From the IMG/VR virus record IMGVR_UViG_3300037458_000342, positions 1 through 34,030 of that record: 34,030 nucleotides of DNA. The stretch is one strand, 5' to 3'. The stretch's first letter is position 1. Every line of letters begins with the position of its first letter. Below, piece after piece: positions 9,069-18,164 of this stretch. Source of the stretch: a virus. Its lineage: Duplodnaviria; Caudoviricetes. The notes under the pieces were generated by a model. The model was not told where the DNA came from. It worked only from the letters and a program-made list of their open reading frames with translations, and ran no database searches. The translations under genes were made by a program, and so were the position numbers.

Positions 9069-9650
9069 ATGACGCTGCAAGAGCTGTTAGGACTGGTTCG
9101 TATGGCGCGGCAGCGCGCTGAGCAGGCGGTCATGTCGCTGGAGCGAGCCGAGCGTCTTCTGGAGGACTCGCAGCCGCTACAGGCAGATGTGGATGGAGTG
9201 TCGAAGCGTGATGTCGTGTCCATGCACCTGACGTTAGCGGCCACGGACGTTTCCGTGCTGCGCGCACGCGTAGATCAGGCGGCTGCTGGGATCACCTCCG
9301 TTCCGGACGCGGACCCTGTGCACGCGGTGGCAGCGTCCAGCGTGATGTGCCCGCGCTGCAAGCGGTTCTGGGCGTGGCTTGGGGAGCAGGGGCAGTCTGT
9401 ACAGCTCAACGGCCGATGCTTGGTGTGCGCACTGATCGACGAGTCATGCAGCGAGGAGGAGCGTGAGCGGCTGTTTGCCACGGCGGTTCGCGGCCGTGAG
9501 GCGGCGGAGGCTCACACAGGTCGTCGAGTGTTCCCGTGCATCGCATGCAGCAGCACCGGCGGCGATGATGAGGTGCGGTGCACGCGCTGCGGGGGGCGCG
9601 GGTGGGTGCTCGGGTATCCACCCGGAGCAGGCCACCGGGCCCCAAGTTGA
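9069..9650 (+). CDS. Hypothetical protein with CxxC zinc-finger pairs
   Basis: CPRC, CLVC, CIAC, CTRCGGRG. Confidence 0.6.
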   Translation: MTLQELLGLVRMARQRAEQAVMSLERAERLLEDSQPLQADVDGVSKRDVVSMHLTLAATDVSVLRARVDQAAAGITSVPDADPVHAVAASSVMCPRCKRFWAWLGEQGQSVQLNGRCLVCALIDESCSEEERERLFATAVRGREAAEAHTGRRVFPCIACSSTGGDDEVRCTRCGGRGWVLGYPPGAGHRAPS

Positions 9651-9700
9651 CACCGGTGTGACCCCGGTATAGAAGCCCGACATTACCGTCGAGGCAGGTC

Positions 9701-10291
9701 ATGGGGAAGAAAAAGAAGGTTCACGCGCTGGCCAAGTCCCCGGAGTTCCAGCCACAGGCCGGATCTCTGCGGTGGGAGGCCATCAAGGAGGACTATATCG
9801 CGCAGAACCTTACGAGGGCCAAGGGACAGCCAGCATTCAACCTGCGCAAGCTGGCGGAGGCGCATGGCGTCTCCTACCACTACGTGCGTCAAATCGCGGC
9901 CACGCAGAAGTGGAACAAGCAGCTCAAGGAGCGCATCGAGCAGCGCAAGCAGGAAGCCGTGGCCAATATTACCGGCGTGGCGTTGTTCGACGAGATCGAG
10001 ATCCGTACGCGGCAGGCGACGTACGCGCGGCTCGCGTCTTCGTTGGCCTACCAGAAGCTGTCTGAGATGACGAGGGAGGACATCAAGAAGCTGTCGGTGC
10101 GTGACGCCATCGAGCTGTTGCGGATTGGCTTGACGGAGGAGCGCGTGGCGCTCGGCATCAAGGATACGGGCGTGCCGCCGCCCGCGGCGGAGGAGCGGCA
10201 ACTCTCAGACCAGCAGGTGTTCGCCGTGGCGCGACGCGTTATCGAACTGAAGCGGGGGCAGGATGGCAGCTACGGCACAGAGCCCTCCTGA
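9701..10291 (+). CDS. Probable terminase small subunit
   Basis: WEAIKEDYI...LRKLAEAHGVSYHYVRQIA...KW HTH; directly upstream of and overlapping the large subunit. Confidence 0.7.
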   Translation: MGKKKKVHALAKSPEFQPQAGSLRWEAIKEDYIAQNLTRAKGQPAFNLRKLAEAHGVSYHYVRQIAATQKWNKQLKERIEQRKQEAVANITGVALFDEIEIRTRQATYARLASSLAYQKLSEMTREDIKKLSVRDAIELLRIGLTEERVALGIKDTGVPPPAAEERQLSDQQVFAVARRVIELKRGQDGSYGTEPS

Positions 10292-12983
10292 GGTTACCGC
10301 CACTGCGTACGATGCGGAGACCGTAGAAGGGTTCCTCAGGTTTCTGGAGCAGAACGAGCTTGGCGTCGAGGACGCCGAGGCTTTGTACGCACGGCCGCCG
10401 GTGGACATCGAGACGTTCATCCAGTCGCCGGCCTACCTCAACAAGCCTGATAGCGTGTTCCCCGCTGTCATGGCGGAGCTGATCGAGTGCAACAGTGGTC
10501 GATACGTCGAAGCCGTGTTCACGGGGGGCATCGGCAGCGGTAAGACCACGGCGGCCCTGTACACCAACGCCTACCAGCTCTACCTGCTGTCATGCATGCG
10601 GGACGCGCACGGCCGATTCGGGCTGGACTCCGCGTCGGAGATCCTGCTGATCTTCCAGAACAAGACCGCTGCCCTTGCGAAAGAGGTGTCCTACAACCGC
10701 TTCAAGGCGATCATAGATTCATCTCCGTACTTTCAGCGCTACTTTCCTTACCGCAAACGGATCACGTCGCGTTTGGTGTTCCCGCGACGCATCGAGGTCG
10801 TGCCCGTGAGCGGGCAGGAGTCGGCCGCCATTGGCCAGAACGTCATGGGGGGCATCATTGACGAGCTGAACTACATGGAGGTGGTCGAGCAGTCGCGTAA
10901 ATCAGTCGATGCAGGGAAGTTCGATCAAGCCGTGGCGATCTACAACTCCATCGCACGGCGCCGCAAGTCGCGCTTCATGCAGCAGGGGCGGTTGCCCGGC
11001 GTGCTGTGCTTGGTGTCGAGCCGCCGCTACCCCGGGCAGTTCACGGACAAGAAAGAGGAAGAAGCCCGCACCGACCCGACGATTTTCGTGTACGACAAGT
11101 GCACGTGGGACATTCGCCCCGACGCGTATTCGGGCAAACGCTTCTATGTTCACGTCGGCAACCTCAACCGGCGGCCTCGCATCCTGAACCCCGGAGAGGA
11201 GACGGGGTACGATCCCACGCTGATCAGGGCAATCCCGGAGGAGCACCGCACCGAGTTCGAGGCTGACATCATCAATGCGCTGCGCGAGATTGCCGGCGTA
11301 TCGACGCTGTCGTCGTACCCGTTCTTCGTGAACCACGAGCGCGTCTCAGCGTGTTTCGAGGAGACGGACGAATCCTCCGTGTTGTCGGCGCCAGAGGTGG
11401 ACTTCCACGACACCCGGGTGCGCATCCTGACGTCCCGCCTGCGGGATCTGGAGCACCCACGGTGGGTGCATGTCGACCTCGGCCTCACGGGGGACTCAGC
11501 GGGCGTCGTATGCGGGTACGTACCGCGGTTCGTGAAGATCCCGCGGGACCAATCCATCGAGACGTTGCCGGAGATACGAATCGACTTTGCGCTGCGCGTG
11601 AACCCACCGCGCAACGACGAGATTAACTTCGAGAAGATCCGCCTACTGCTCTACAAGCTGCGTGACCAAGGAATGAACATCCAGTGGGTGTCGTTCGACA
11701 GCTTCCAGTCACGGGACTCCATCCAGATCCTGCGCCAGAAGGGGTTTCAGTCAGGGCTGGTGTCAGTGGACAAAGACACGCATCCGTACGACGTGCTCAA
11801 GACCGCGATGTACGACGGGCGGGTCACGCTTCCTAGGCACGACCCGCTCTTGAAGGAGCTGTTGGCACTGGAGCGTGTGCCGCTCAAGGACAAGGTGGAT
11901 CACCCCCCGAACGGGTGCTTCACGGGGGACACCCGCGTCGCTTTGTTGGACGGCACGTTGCCGACATTCGAAGAGCTGGCCAGTCGATTTGGCTCTGGCG
12001 AGCGGTTCCCGGTGTATTCGGTGGATGAGCAGGGGATGTGCATGGCATGGGCGCACAGCCCACGTATCACGCGGCAACAGGCGGAGCTTGTCGAGGTGAT
12101 TCTGGACAACTACACCGTGGTCAGGTGTACGCCGGACCACCTGTTCATGACTCTGGGTGGCGAGTGGATACAGGCGCAGCACTTAACCCCGGAGATCAGG
12201 CTGATGCCGCTGTATCGAAGCCATTCCCACAAGGGTGGCTGGGCAGACTACGAGCGGGTGTGGTGCCCGGTCAGAAAGACGAGACTTTTGACGCACCACA
12301 TGGCGCTGGATGCAGTTGGGCGCGTGCCAACTGGGCAGGTGATTCACCACCGGGATCATGACAAGCGGAATAACGATCCGCGCAATCTGGTGATACAAGG
12401 ACGTGAGGACCACGCACGACAGCACACGGCGCACCGGCACGCGACGGATACGTTCTACGTGGCGCGGCTGCGGGAAGGCCACCGGCAGTACCGAGAATCA
12501 GGCGGCAACGAGCGCAGTCGCCAGAACATTGAGCGATTATTCGCGGAGGGTAAGCTGAAGCGGGGCCGGGACCTGTGCTCGGTAGAGGGGTGCCTGTCGG
12601 TGTCGAACGCCAAGGGGCTGTGCGGGGCGCACTATCAGCGAATGCGCCGTGACCGGCAGCGGGTTGGCCGTACTGGGTCCCAGCAGAACCACCGAGTCTT
12701 GTCAGTGCGTTCGTTGCCTTGTCGGGAGGACGTGTGGGACATCACGGTAGACCGCACGCACAACTTCGCGCTGGCCAATGGGATCATCGTGCACAACAGC
12801 AAGGATGTCGCTGACGCATTGTGCGGGTGCGTGTACGGGTTATCGCTGCGGCGGTCCATCTGGCTGGAGCATGGCATCAGCCTGTTCGAGATCCCGTCCA
12901 TCCTGCGCGAGCGCGTAGTGCGGGCCGGGGACGCGGTCCGCGGGGCGTCGGAGGCGGCGGGCGTCGACGAGGCGGTCGCATGA
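10263..12983 (+). CDS. terL: Terminase large subunit, interrupted by an intein
   Basis: TGGIGSGKT Walker A, GIIDE Walker B, HVDLGLTGDSAG and SFDSFQS nuclease motifs; DHPPNG|SKDVADA is restored after splicing. Confidence 0.9.
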   Translation: MAATAQSPPEVTATAYDAETVEGFLRFLEQNELGVEDAEALYARPPVDIETFIQSPAYLNKPDSVFPAVMAELIECNSGRYVEAVFTGGIGSGKTTAALYTNAYQLYLLSCMRDAHGRFGLDSASEILLIFQNKTAALAKEVSYNRFKAIIDSSPYFQRYFPYRKRITSRLVFPRRIEVVPVSGQESAAIGQNVMGGIIDELNYMEVVEQSRKSVDAGKFDQAVAIYNSIARRRKSRFMQQGRLPGVLCLVSSRRYPGQFTDKKEEEARTDPTIFVYDKCTWDIRPDAYSGKRFYVHVGNLNRRPRILNPGEETGYDPTLIRAIPEEHRTEFEADIINALREIAGVSTLSSYPFFVNHERVSACFEETDESSVLSAPEVDFHDTRVRILTSRLRDLEHPRWVHVDLGLTGDSAGVVCGYVPRFVKIPRDQSIETLPEIRIDFALRVNPPRNDEINFEKIRLLLYKLRDQGMNIQWVSFDSFQSRDSIQILRQKGFQSGLVSVDKDTHPYDVLKTAMYDGRVTLPRHDPLLKELLALERVPLKDKVDHPPNGCFTGDTRVALLDGTLPTFEELASRFGSGERFPVYSVDEQGMCMAWAHSPRITRQQAELVEVILDNYTVVRCTPDHLFMTLGGEWIQAQHLTPEIRLMPLYRSHSHKGGWADYERVWCPVRKTRLLTHHMALDAVGRVPTGQVIHHRDHDKRNNDPRNLVIQGREDHARQHTAHRHATDTFYVARLREGHRQYRESGGNERSRQNIERLFAEGKLKRGRDLCSVEGCLSVSNAKGLCGAHYQRMRRDRQRVGRTGSQQNHRVLSVRSLPCREDVWDITVDRTHNFALANGIIVHNSKDVADALCGCVYGLSLRRSIWLEHGISLFEIPSILRERVVRAGDAVRGASEAAGVDEAVA
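11916..12797 (+). mobile_element. Intein (294 aa) carrying an HNH endonuclease domain
   Basis: Starts CFTGDTRVALLDG; block B VRCTPDHLF; ends VWDITVDRTHNFALANGIIVHN followed by Ser; internal HHRDHDKRNNDPRNL. Confidence 0.93.
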
Positions 12984-13022
12984 TTCTGTGTGCAGTTTGA
13001 ACCCAGTAAAGTGGCGGGGCAC

Positions 13023-13050
13023 TGTCAGGAGACACCTCACCGCAGGATGC
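13023..13050 (+). promoter_or_regulatory. Two GGA-loop mini-hairpins, candidate CsrA/RsmA sites
   Basis: tgtc-AGGA-gaca (13023-13034) and gca-GGA-tgc (13042-13050) in the leader of the 13086 gene. Confidence 0.45.
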
Positions 13051-13085
13051 ACGTTCGGTTCACCACCATGTAAGGGAAAACGGTC

Positions 13086-13979
13086 ATGAGCAAGCAAGTC
13101 TTCAACGAGATCCCCCGGCTGACGGTCAAGGGCGAGGCCCTCCACCAGCTCGCGCAGGCGGTTCAGGGCGCGTTCGAGATGAACGTGCTGCGCCTCGCAG
13201 CCAACGTCGTCGACCGCGAGACGGTCACCATCGGTCCGGAGTCGTTCCAGATCGTCCAGATCAATACCGACACCAACGTCAACAGCACGTCGCTCGACAA
13301 CACGAACGCGGAGTCCACCGAGACGATCACGGCCCACGGCCTGTCGGTCGGCGCGATCCTGCGCTGCGAGAGCGAGTTCATGCGCGTCAAGCAGGTCGTG
13401 GACGTCGACACGGTCGTGCTGACCCGCGGCTACGCAGGTTCGACCATCGCCAGCCACGCCGACGCGTCGGACATCTTCAAGGCAGCGGCGACGGCGCTGA
13501 CCGCGGGCAAGATCTACGTGCCCGTCGGAGCCACGCTGACGCCGGCCGCGGCGGGCCCGCTGCTCGCCACGGGGCTGGCAGCGCTCAGCACGCAGGGGTG
13601 GACGTTCAGCTATGCGAGCAACGCGCTGGTGATTCGCCGTGAGGCGAACGGCAAGCACGTGGCCTGCACGGAGACCCTGTCCGGCGTGGACAACGTGTGG
13701 GCGGCGGCCAGCACCTACGGCGGCATCGAGAAGGGCGAGGTGGTCAAGGCGCTCGGCATGCGCGTGCCGAACGCAACCGAGGTGGCCCTCGGGGTCATGG
13801 AGTTCTACTTCCCCTTCAACCCGGCGTTCGCGCGCGTCTCGGTGTTCACGACGTCGACGGGTGCCCCGGTGGCGTTCGGCGGCGCTGTGGCGTGGGCCGA
13901 CAACAAGGTGACGCTCACCAACGGCACCGACCCGGACTTCGCGGCCACGCACACTGTCGTGGTCGAGGCGTTCGGCTGA
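13086..13979 (+). CDS. Probable virion structural protein
   Basis: Thr/Ala/Val-rich, beta-type sequence; VVLTRGYAGSTIASH motif; strong codon bias; followed by a terminator. Confidence 0.6.
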   Translation: MSKQVFNEIPRLTVKGEALHQLAQAVQGAFEMNVLRLAANVVDRETVTIGPESFQIVQINTDTNVNSTSLDNTNAESTETITAHGLSVGAILRCESEFMRVKQVVDVDTVVLTRGYAGSTIASHADASDIFKAAATALTAGKIYVPVGATLTPAAAGPLLATGLAALSTQGWTFSYASNALVIRREANGKHVACTETLSGVDNVWAAASTYGGIEKGEVVKALGMRVPNATEVALGVMEFYFPFNPAFARVSVFTTSTGAPVAFGGAVAWADNKVTLTNGTDPDFAATHTVVVEAFG

Positions 13980-14002
13980 GCCTAGGCCATACGGCCTTCG
14001 GG

Positions 14003-14031
14003 AAGCCCCGGTTCGCCGGGGCTTTTCGTTT
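14003..14031 (+). terminator. Rho-independent terminator
   Basis: aagccccgg-TTCG-ccggggctt followed by ttcgttt. Confidence 0.88.
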
Positions 14032-14103
14032 CGCGCCATTGCAGTTACATACGCGCGTCGTATGCGCCTCGTGCACGGCGCATACGTCGACCCTGTGTTA
14101 GGT

Positions 14104-14132
14104 TTGACATACGCACTCTGCGGCTGTAACCT
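14104..14132 (+). promoter_or_regulatory. sigma70-like promoter with conserved box
   Basis: TTGACATACG; TTGACA-17 nt-TAACCT. Confidence 0.6.
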
Positions 14133-14255
14133 TCTGATGTGATTGAAGTACCGAGCGCCTGAATTTCAAAATTTCAGCGTGTTTGTACTGCTGTCGTGTA
14201 TGTGTCGTGTACTGTGGGTATACGACATCTGTATGGGCACGAAAGGAGTCTGTTC

Positions 14256-14441
14256 ATGCGATCCGAGATCCTCGACTACTTGGACCTGAAGAACGCCGAG
14301 GCGCGCGCTCGCTGGGCGCGTCTCTACTTCAGTGGGCACTTCTGTGACGACCGGCGTACCAGTGAAGAGCGCGCCCGATTCGAGGCGTGGTACCAACCTG
14401 CGCGCGTTGACGCTGATAGGTTCTTGCTGGGGGTGCAGTGA
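14256..14441 (+). CDS. Small hypothetical protein
   Basis: AAAGGAG RBS; GTGA overlap with the next gene. Confidence 0.65.
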   Translation: MRSEILDYLDLKNAEARARWARLYFSGHFCDDRRTSEERARFEAWYQPARVDADRFLLGVQ

Positions 14442-14665
14442 GCGTTCGGCTGGCGTCTGTCTGGGATGGGGTGCCGGACGCGGACGCGCTCAAGTGTCGA
14501 TTGGCGGTGGCCCGTGATACCGCTCGCCCAGCCAAGGAGCGCCTCGATGCGCTCAGCTACCTGAACGGCGCCGTGAAGGTCATGCTGACCATTGAAAAGC
14601 GCCGACGTGTGGCGGATTATCTGGCCACGCAAATCCGAGCCATTCGCCCCACCATCACCTACTGA
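14438..14665 (+). CDS. Small hypothetical protein
   Basis: Translationally coupled ORF. Confidence 0.55.
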   Translation: MSVRLASVWDGVPDADALKCRLAVARDTARPAKERLDALSYLNGAVKVMLTIEKRRRVADYLATQIRAIRPTITY

Positions 14666-14672
14666 GGACGTC

Positions 14673-15116
14673 ATGAACGCGACCACGGACAACACGCCGG
14701 TGTACTCCAGCTCCGCCAAGATCGGATCTCGTCGATGGCTGGCTGGGGCGTTGGTGGGGTCGGCGGGCGTGCAGCGCGCCTACCTGCTGGACATGAAGTA
14801 CCAGTCTGGGGTGCCGCAGCGGTGGTGCTTGATCACGCTCGTGGAGGCCACCCCGGGGGCGTACGAGTTTCAGGTGCGCTGGGTACACTCCGAGGACGCA
14901 GCATCTCTGGAGGGTGACGTGCTCGCGGCTGTTCATGCGGCGCCGCCGAGCATGAGCGTGTCCCTTGGAGGCGTTGGGCATCCGGTGGCAATCGAGCGCT
15001 TCGAACGCGTCGTCAGCAACGTCATGCACAACTTGCTGACCCCGCTGCCGGCCGTCGACTTCATATGGCAGCGGTTCGCGACAACCGACGGTGTCGGCGC
15101 ATACGCGCCTCGGTGA
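14673..15116 (+). CDS. Hypothetical protein
   Basis: GAGGA RBS; fits the tightly packed operon. Confidence 0.65.
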   Translation: MNATTDNTPVYSSSAKIGSRRWLAGALVGSAGVQRAYLLDMKYQSGVPQRWCLITLVEATPGAYEFQVRWVHSEDAASLEGDVLAAVHAAPPSMSVSLGGVGHPVAIERFERVVSNVMHNLLTPLPAVDFIWQRFATTDGVGAYAPR

Positions 15117-15337
15117 GCGGTGTGATTCGCCTGAAGTTCCACTCGGATACGAGCTTCAACAACTTCATCGGTGACGCGTCTGACGCCCTCGGCGGCTTGC
15201 CGGGGCGTGTCGTGGAGGCCGAGCGCAGCGTGTTGTTGACGCGTGAGGAGTACGAGGCCGATGCCGTCGACCTCAAAGAGCTGGTGCGTGACTATGGCGG
15301 CCAGATCGTGCATGACGGGGGTTTGACAAAGCCATAA
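15113..15337 (+). CDS. Small hypothetical protein
   Basis: GTGA overlap; GC3-biased codons. Confidence 0.6.
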   Translation: MSGVIRLKFHSDTSFNNFIGDASDALGGLPGRVVEAERSVLLTREEYEADAVDLKELVRDYGGQIVHDGGLTKP

Positions 15338-15351
15338 AGTAGCCGTACTAT
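15323..15351 (+). promoter_or_regulatory. sigma70-like promoter
   Basis: TTGACA-17 nt-TACTAT, then CAAGGAGGG RBS. Confidence 0.7.
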
Positions 15352-15377
15352 TGCCGTGGACGGACAAGGAGGGAATC

Positions 15378-17408
15378 GTGGCACTACCACTGGTTTACGC
15401 GTTCGGGGTTGGAACCGCCTCCGTCGAGCTGGTCGATAAGACGGTCGTCGGTGGGAAAGGCGCCAATCTCATCGAGATGGCGCGCATGGGGCTGCCTGTA
15501 CCGCCCGGGGTGATCATCCCGGCGCACGAGTGCATCAGCTTCCTCAAGCCGAAGCCTGAGTACGTGCGCATGCAGCAGGTCGGCGAGCTGGTCGACGCGG
15601 TGCTTGCGCACTTCGACAAGAACGTGGTCCCGACCCTCGGGTACATGCCGTTGCTGTCGGTACGTTCGGGGGCGCGGGTGTCCATGCCCGGCATGATGGA
15701 CACATTGCTCAACGTCGGGCTGCGCGCTGCCGTGGCGTCCGAGTGGGATGCCCGCATCGGCAAGGCGTGCCGCCGGGACTGCCAACACAGGCTCAACGAG
15801 ACGTACACCAAGCTCGTGGGGGCCCCGCTCCCCAGCCTGTTGCGGGCTCAGCTCATCGGCGCCGTGAGCGCCGTGTTCAAGTCGTGGAACAGCGAGCGCG
15901 CTATCGAGTACCGGAAGATGCACGGGTACCCGGAGGACTGGGGCACCGCAGTCACGGTGCAGGCCATGGTGTTCGGCAACATGAACACAGAGTCATGTTC
16001 CGGGGTGCTGTTCACGCGCGACCCGGCCACCGGAGAGAACTTCGTCGTTGGTGAGTTCCTGCCCGAGGCGCAGGGCGAAGACGTGGTGGCCGGAGTGCGC
16101 ACGCCGCAACCGCTCCACGAGATGGAGGAGTGGAACGCTGGGGTGCTCGAAGAGCTGCTCACGGTGAGCGCGCGGCTGGAGGAGCACTACAGGGATGCGC
16201 AGGACATCGAGTTCACGGTGCAGGACGGCAAGCTGTTCGTGCTCCAGACTCGTAACGCCAAGCGCACCGCGGCTGCGGCGTTCAAGATCGCGCATGACAT
16301 GGCGTGCGAGAAGCTGATCGACAAGGGCACGGCCGTGGGAAGGGTGACGGCCGAGCAGTACGCGACGCTGCTTCGCGCGCGGGTGGCCCCGGGGTTCAAG
16401 CAGGCCCCGACGATCACCGGGATCGCGGCGTCACCGGGGCTGGTGAGCGGGGTGGCGGTGTTCGATCCAACGCTGGTGGCGACGGTTCCGTCGGCCATCC
16501 TTGTGAGGACGGAGACGAGCCCGGAAGACTTCCCGGCCATGGTGAAGGCTGCGGGGATCCTCACCAGCACGGGCGGCATGACCAGTCACGCGGCGGTCGT
16601 GGCGCGCGGCATCAATAAGCCGGCGGTCGTGGGCGCCTCTGGGATGCTGGTGACCGCCAAGGGCGCAACCCTGTCGAGCGGCGGGGTAATGGCGCCCGGG
16701 GATCGCGTGACCATCGACGGCGCCACCGGGAATGTGTGGGTGAACGTCGAGGTGCCAATCGAGGGTGGGGCCGTGACCCCGGAGGCGGCCACGGTCGTGC
16801 GGTGGGCGGCACGACGCAGCTCGAAGCTGCCGGCCGTCGAAGTACGGGACGTCGGCGGTCTCCCTGACGCCGGTCACGTGTACCTGAACGTCTCGGCGCT
16901 GACGACGGCGATGCAGTTCAGGGCGCTGATCAAGGAGCTGGCGGCGCGTCCCGCGTTGCAGGGGGTGATCGGGTTTGTGCGCCCCTTGGTGCCCCTGAGC
17001 CCCGAAGACCGCACGTTCTTGGAGCTGCTCGCCGCAACGAATCAGACGGGCGGCGAGGATAGCCCGGGGTGGGGCAAGCTCTTCGGGGTGCTGACCAAGG
17101 CGGCGGGCTCGAAGAAGGTGCGGGCGCAGTGGGCGGTGCATGTGCCGCAGACGGCCACGGCCGAACAGGTCGGGGCTGCGACAGCCTCTGGCTGGCGACT
17201 CGTCCGGCCCGTGCGCACCATGGCCGAACTGCTGGAGGCCGATGGGCTCGTAGTGATCGACGCCGCGTTCCGCGAGCGCATGAGCACGCACGAGGGGGTC
17301 TCGCTGGAGACGCTCATGGCCACGCTGGGCAAGGCGGGGCGCCGCGTTGCCGAGTTCGGCGGCGCCGTGGCTGCTTCTGATTTTGTGGCGGAGGTACTTG
17401 GAAAGTGA
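15378..17408 (+). CDS. Pyruvate phosphate dikinase-like protein: ATP-grasp and phospho-His domains plus an unrelated C-terminal domain
   Basis: GGKGANL, SVRSGARVSMPGMMDT, AQGEDVVAGVRTP, DIEFTVQDGKLFVLQTR, GGMTSHAAVVARG; pyruvate-binding barrel motifs absent. Confidence 0.88.
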   Translation: MALPLVYAFGVGTASVELVDKTVVGGKGANLIEMARMGLPVPPGVIIPAHECISFLKPKPEYVRMQQVGELVDAVLAHFDKNVVPTLGYMPLLSVRSGARVSMPGMMDTLLNVGLRAAVASEWDARIGKACRRDCQHRLNETYTKLVGAPLPSLLRAQLIGAVSAVFKSWNSERAIEYRKMHGYPEDWGTAVTVQAMVFGNMNTESCSGVLFTRDPATGENFVVGEFLPEAQGEDVVAGVRTPQPLHEMEEWNAGVLEELLTVSARLEEHYRDAQDIEFTVQDGKLFVLQTRNAKRTAAAAFKIAHDMACEKLIDKGTAVGRVTAEQYATLLRARVAPGFKQAPTITGIAASPGLVSGVAVFDPTLVATVPSAILVRTETSPEDFPAMVKAAGILTSTGGMTSHAAVVARGINKPAVVGASGMLVTAKGATLSSGGVMAPGDRVTIDGATGNVWVNVEVPIEGGAVTPEAATVVRWAARRSSKLPAVEVRDVGGLPDAGHVYLNVSALTTAMQFRALIKELAARPALQGVIGFVRPLVPLSPEDRTFLELLAATNQTGGEDSPGWGKLFGVLTKAAGSKKVRAQWAVHVPQTATAEQVGAATASGWRLVRPVRTMAELLEADGLVVIDAAFRERMSTHEGVSLETLMATLGKAGRRVAEFGGAVAASDFVAEVLGK

Positions 17409-17444
17409 GCACGGCGATGCTAGGGTCGGCGCCCGTACACCATC

Positions 17445-17876
17445 GTGTACGGGGATCGGCTGTTGCAGGAACGAATACGCTGTCCGCGCTGCAACGGGTT
17501 GTCGTGGATGGAGTGGCACGACCCGGACCTCATCCAGCGCTGCCTGTGTGGCCTGCACCGTTACCTGTGTCGTCGAGTGGAAGGTCTGACGGTGATGACC
17601 GCGGCCGTGGCGCCTCAAGAGGCGCGACTGCCGGCGCGCGATACCAAGATCCACCGATGCCTGATGGCCGTGGTCGACGGGTGGCCGAGGAGCCTGTTGA
17701 CGCAGGACATCGCCACAGCGTCGAACCTGAGTGGCAAGGAGACCAGCGCGTTGTTGGCGGTGCTCGCAGCACGCGGGCTCGTGGAGCGCTTGGAAGAGCG
17801 GCGTGGCCTGATTGGTGGTTCTGTATGGGTTTTGACGCGCAGCACCGCACAGATGCTGCGCTTGGAAAAGGAGTGA
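17445..17876 (+). CDS. Zn-ribbon plus winged-HTH protein
   Basis: CPRC...CLCG; LTQDIATASNLSGKETSALLAVLAARGLVER. Confidence 0.65.
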   Translation: MYGDRLLQERIRCPRCNGLSWMEWHDPDLIQRCLCGLHRYLCRRVEGLTVMTAAVAPQEARLPARDTKIHRCLMAVVDGWPRSLLTQDIATASNLSGKETSALLAVLAARGLVERLEERRGLIGGSVWVLTRSTAQMLRLEKE

Positions 17877-17879
17877 CCG

Positions 17880-18164
17880 ATGGCGCTGATCCTGTCTGCC
17901 CGTGAGGGCGAGTCTGTCTACGTGGGTGACCGCAAGGTCACGGTCACGGAGATTTACCACGCGACCCACTTCAAGGTGTGCGTCGTCGACGAGTTCGTCG
18001 ACGCGGTGTTCACCATCCGCGCGAGCGAACGCACGGAGATCCTGCCTGACGTCTTCCTGTCGGCCGGGAATACCGGCAACGCGCATGCCGTGAAGCTCGT
18101 GTTCGAAGCTCCGTCGGACCGTGTGATCCTGCGCGAGCGCCTGTATCAGCGCGGGAGCCGCTGA
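17880..18164 (+). CDS. CsrA/RsmA-like RNA-binding protein with an internal insertion
   Basis: LILSAREGESVYVGDRKVTV and VKLVFEAPSDRVILRERLYQR match the two ends of CsrA. Confidence 0.7.
   Translation: MALILSAREGESVYVGDRKVTVTEIYHATHFKVCVVDEFVDAVFTIRASERTEILPDVFLSAGNTGNAHAVKLVFEAPSDRVILRERLYQRGSR

Noticed and set aside
15378-17408. Complete ppdK as an auxiliary metabolic gene
   Set aside because: The pyruvate/PEP-binding domain motifs are missing.
16431-18086. Long minus-strand ORFs (16431-18086, 21271-22731, 12840-14039, 917-1930 and others)
   Set aside because: Shadow ORFs of GC-rich + strand genes, with no recognisable motifs or RBS.
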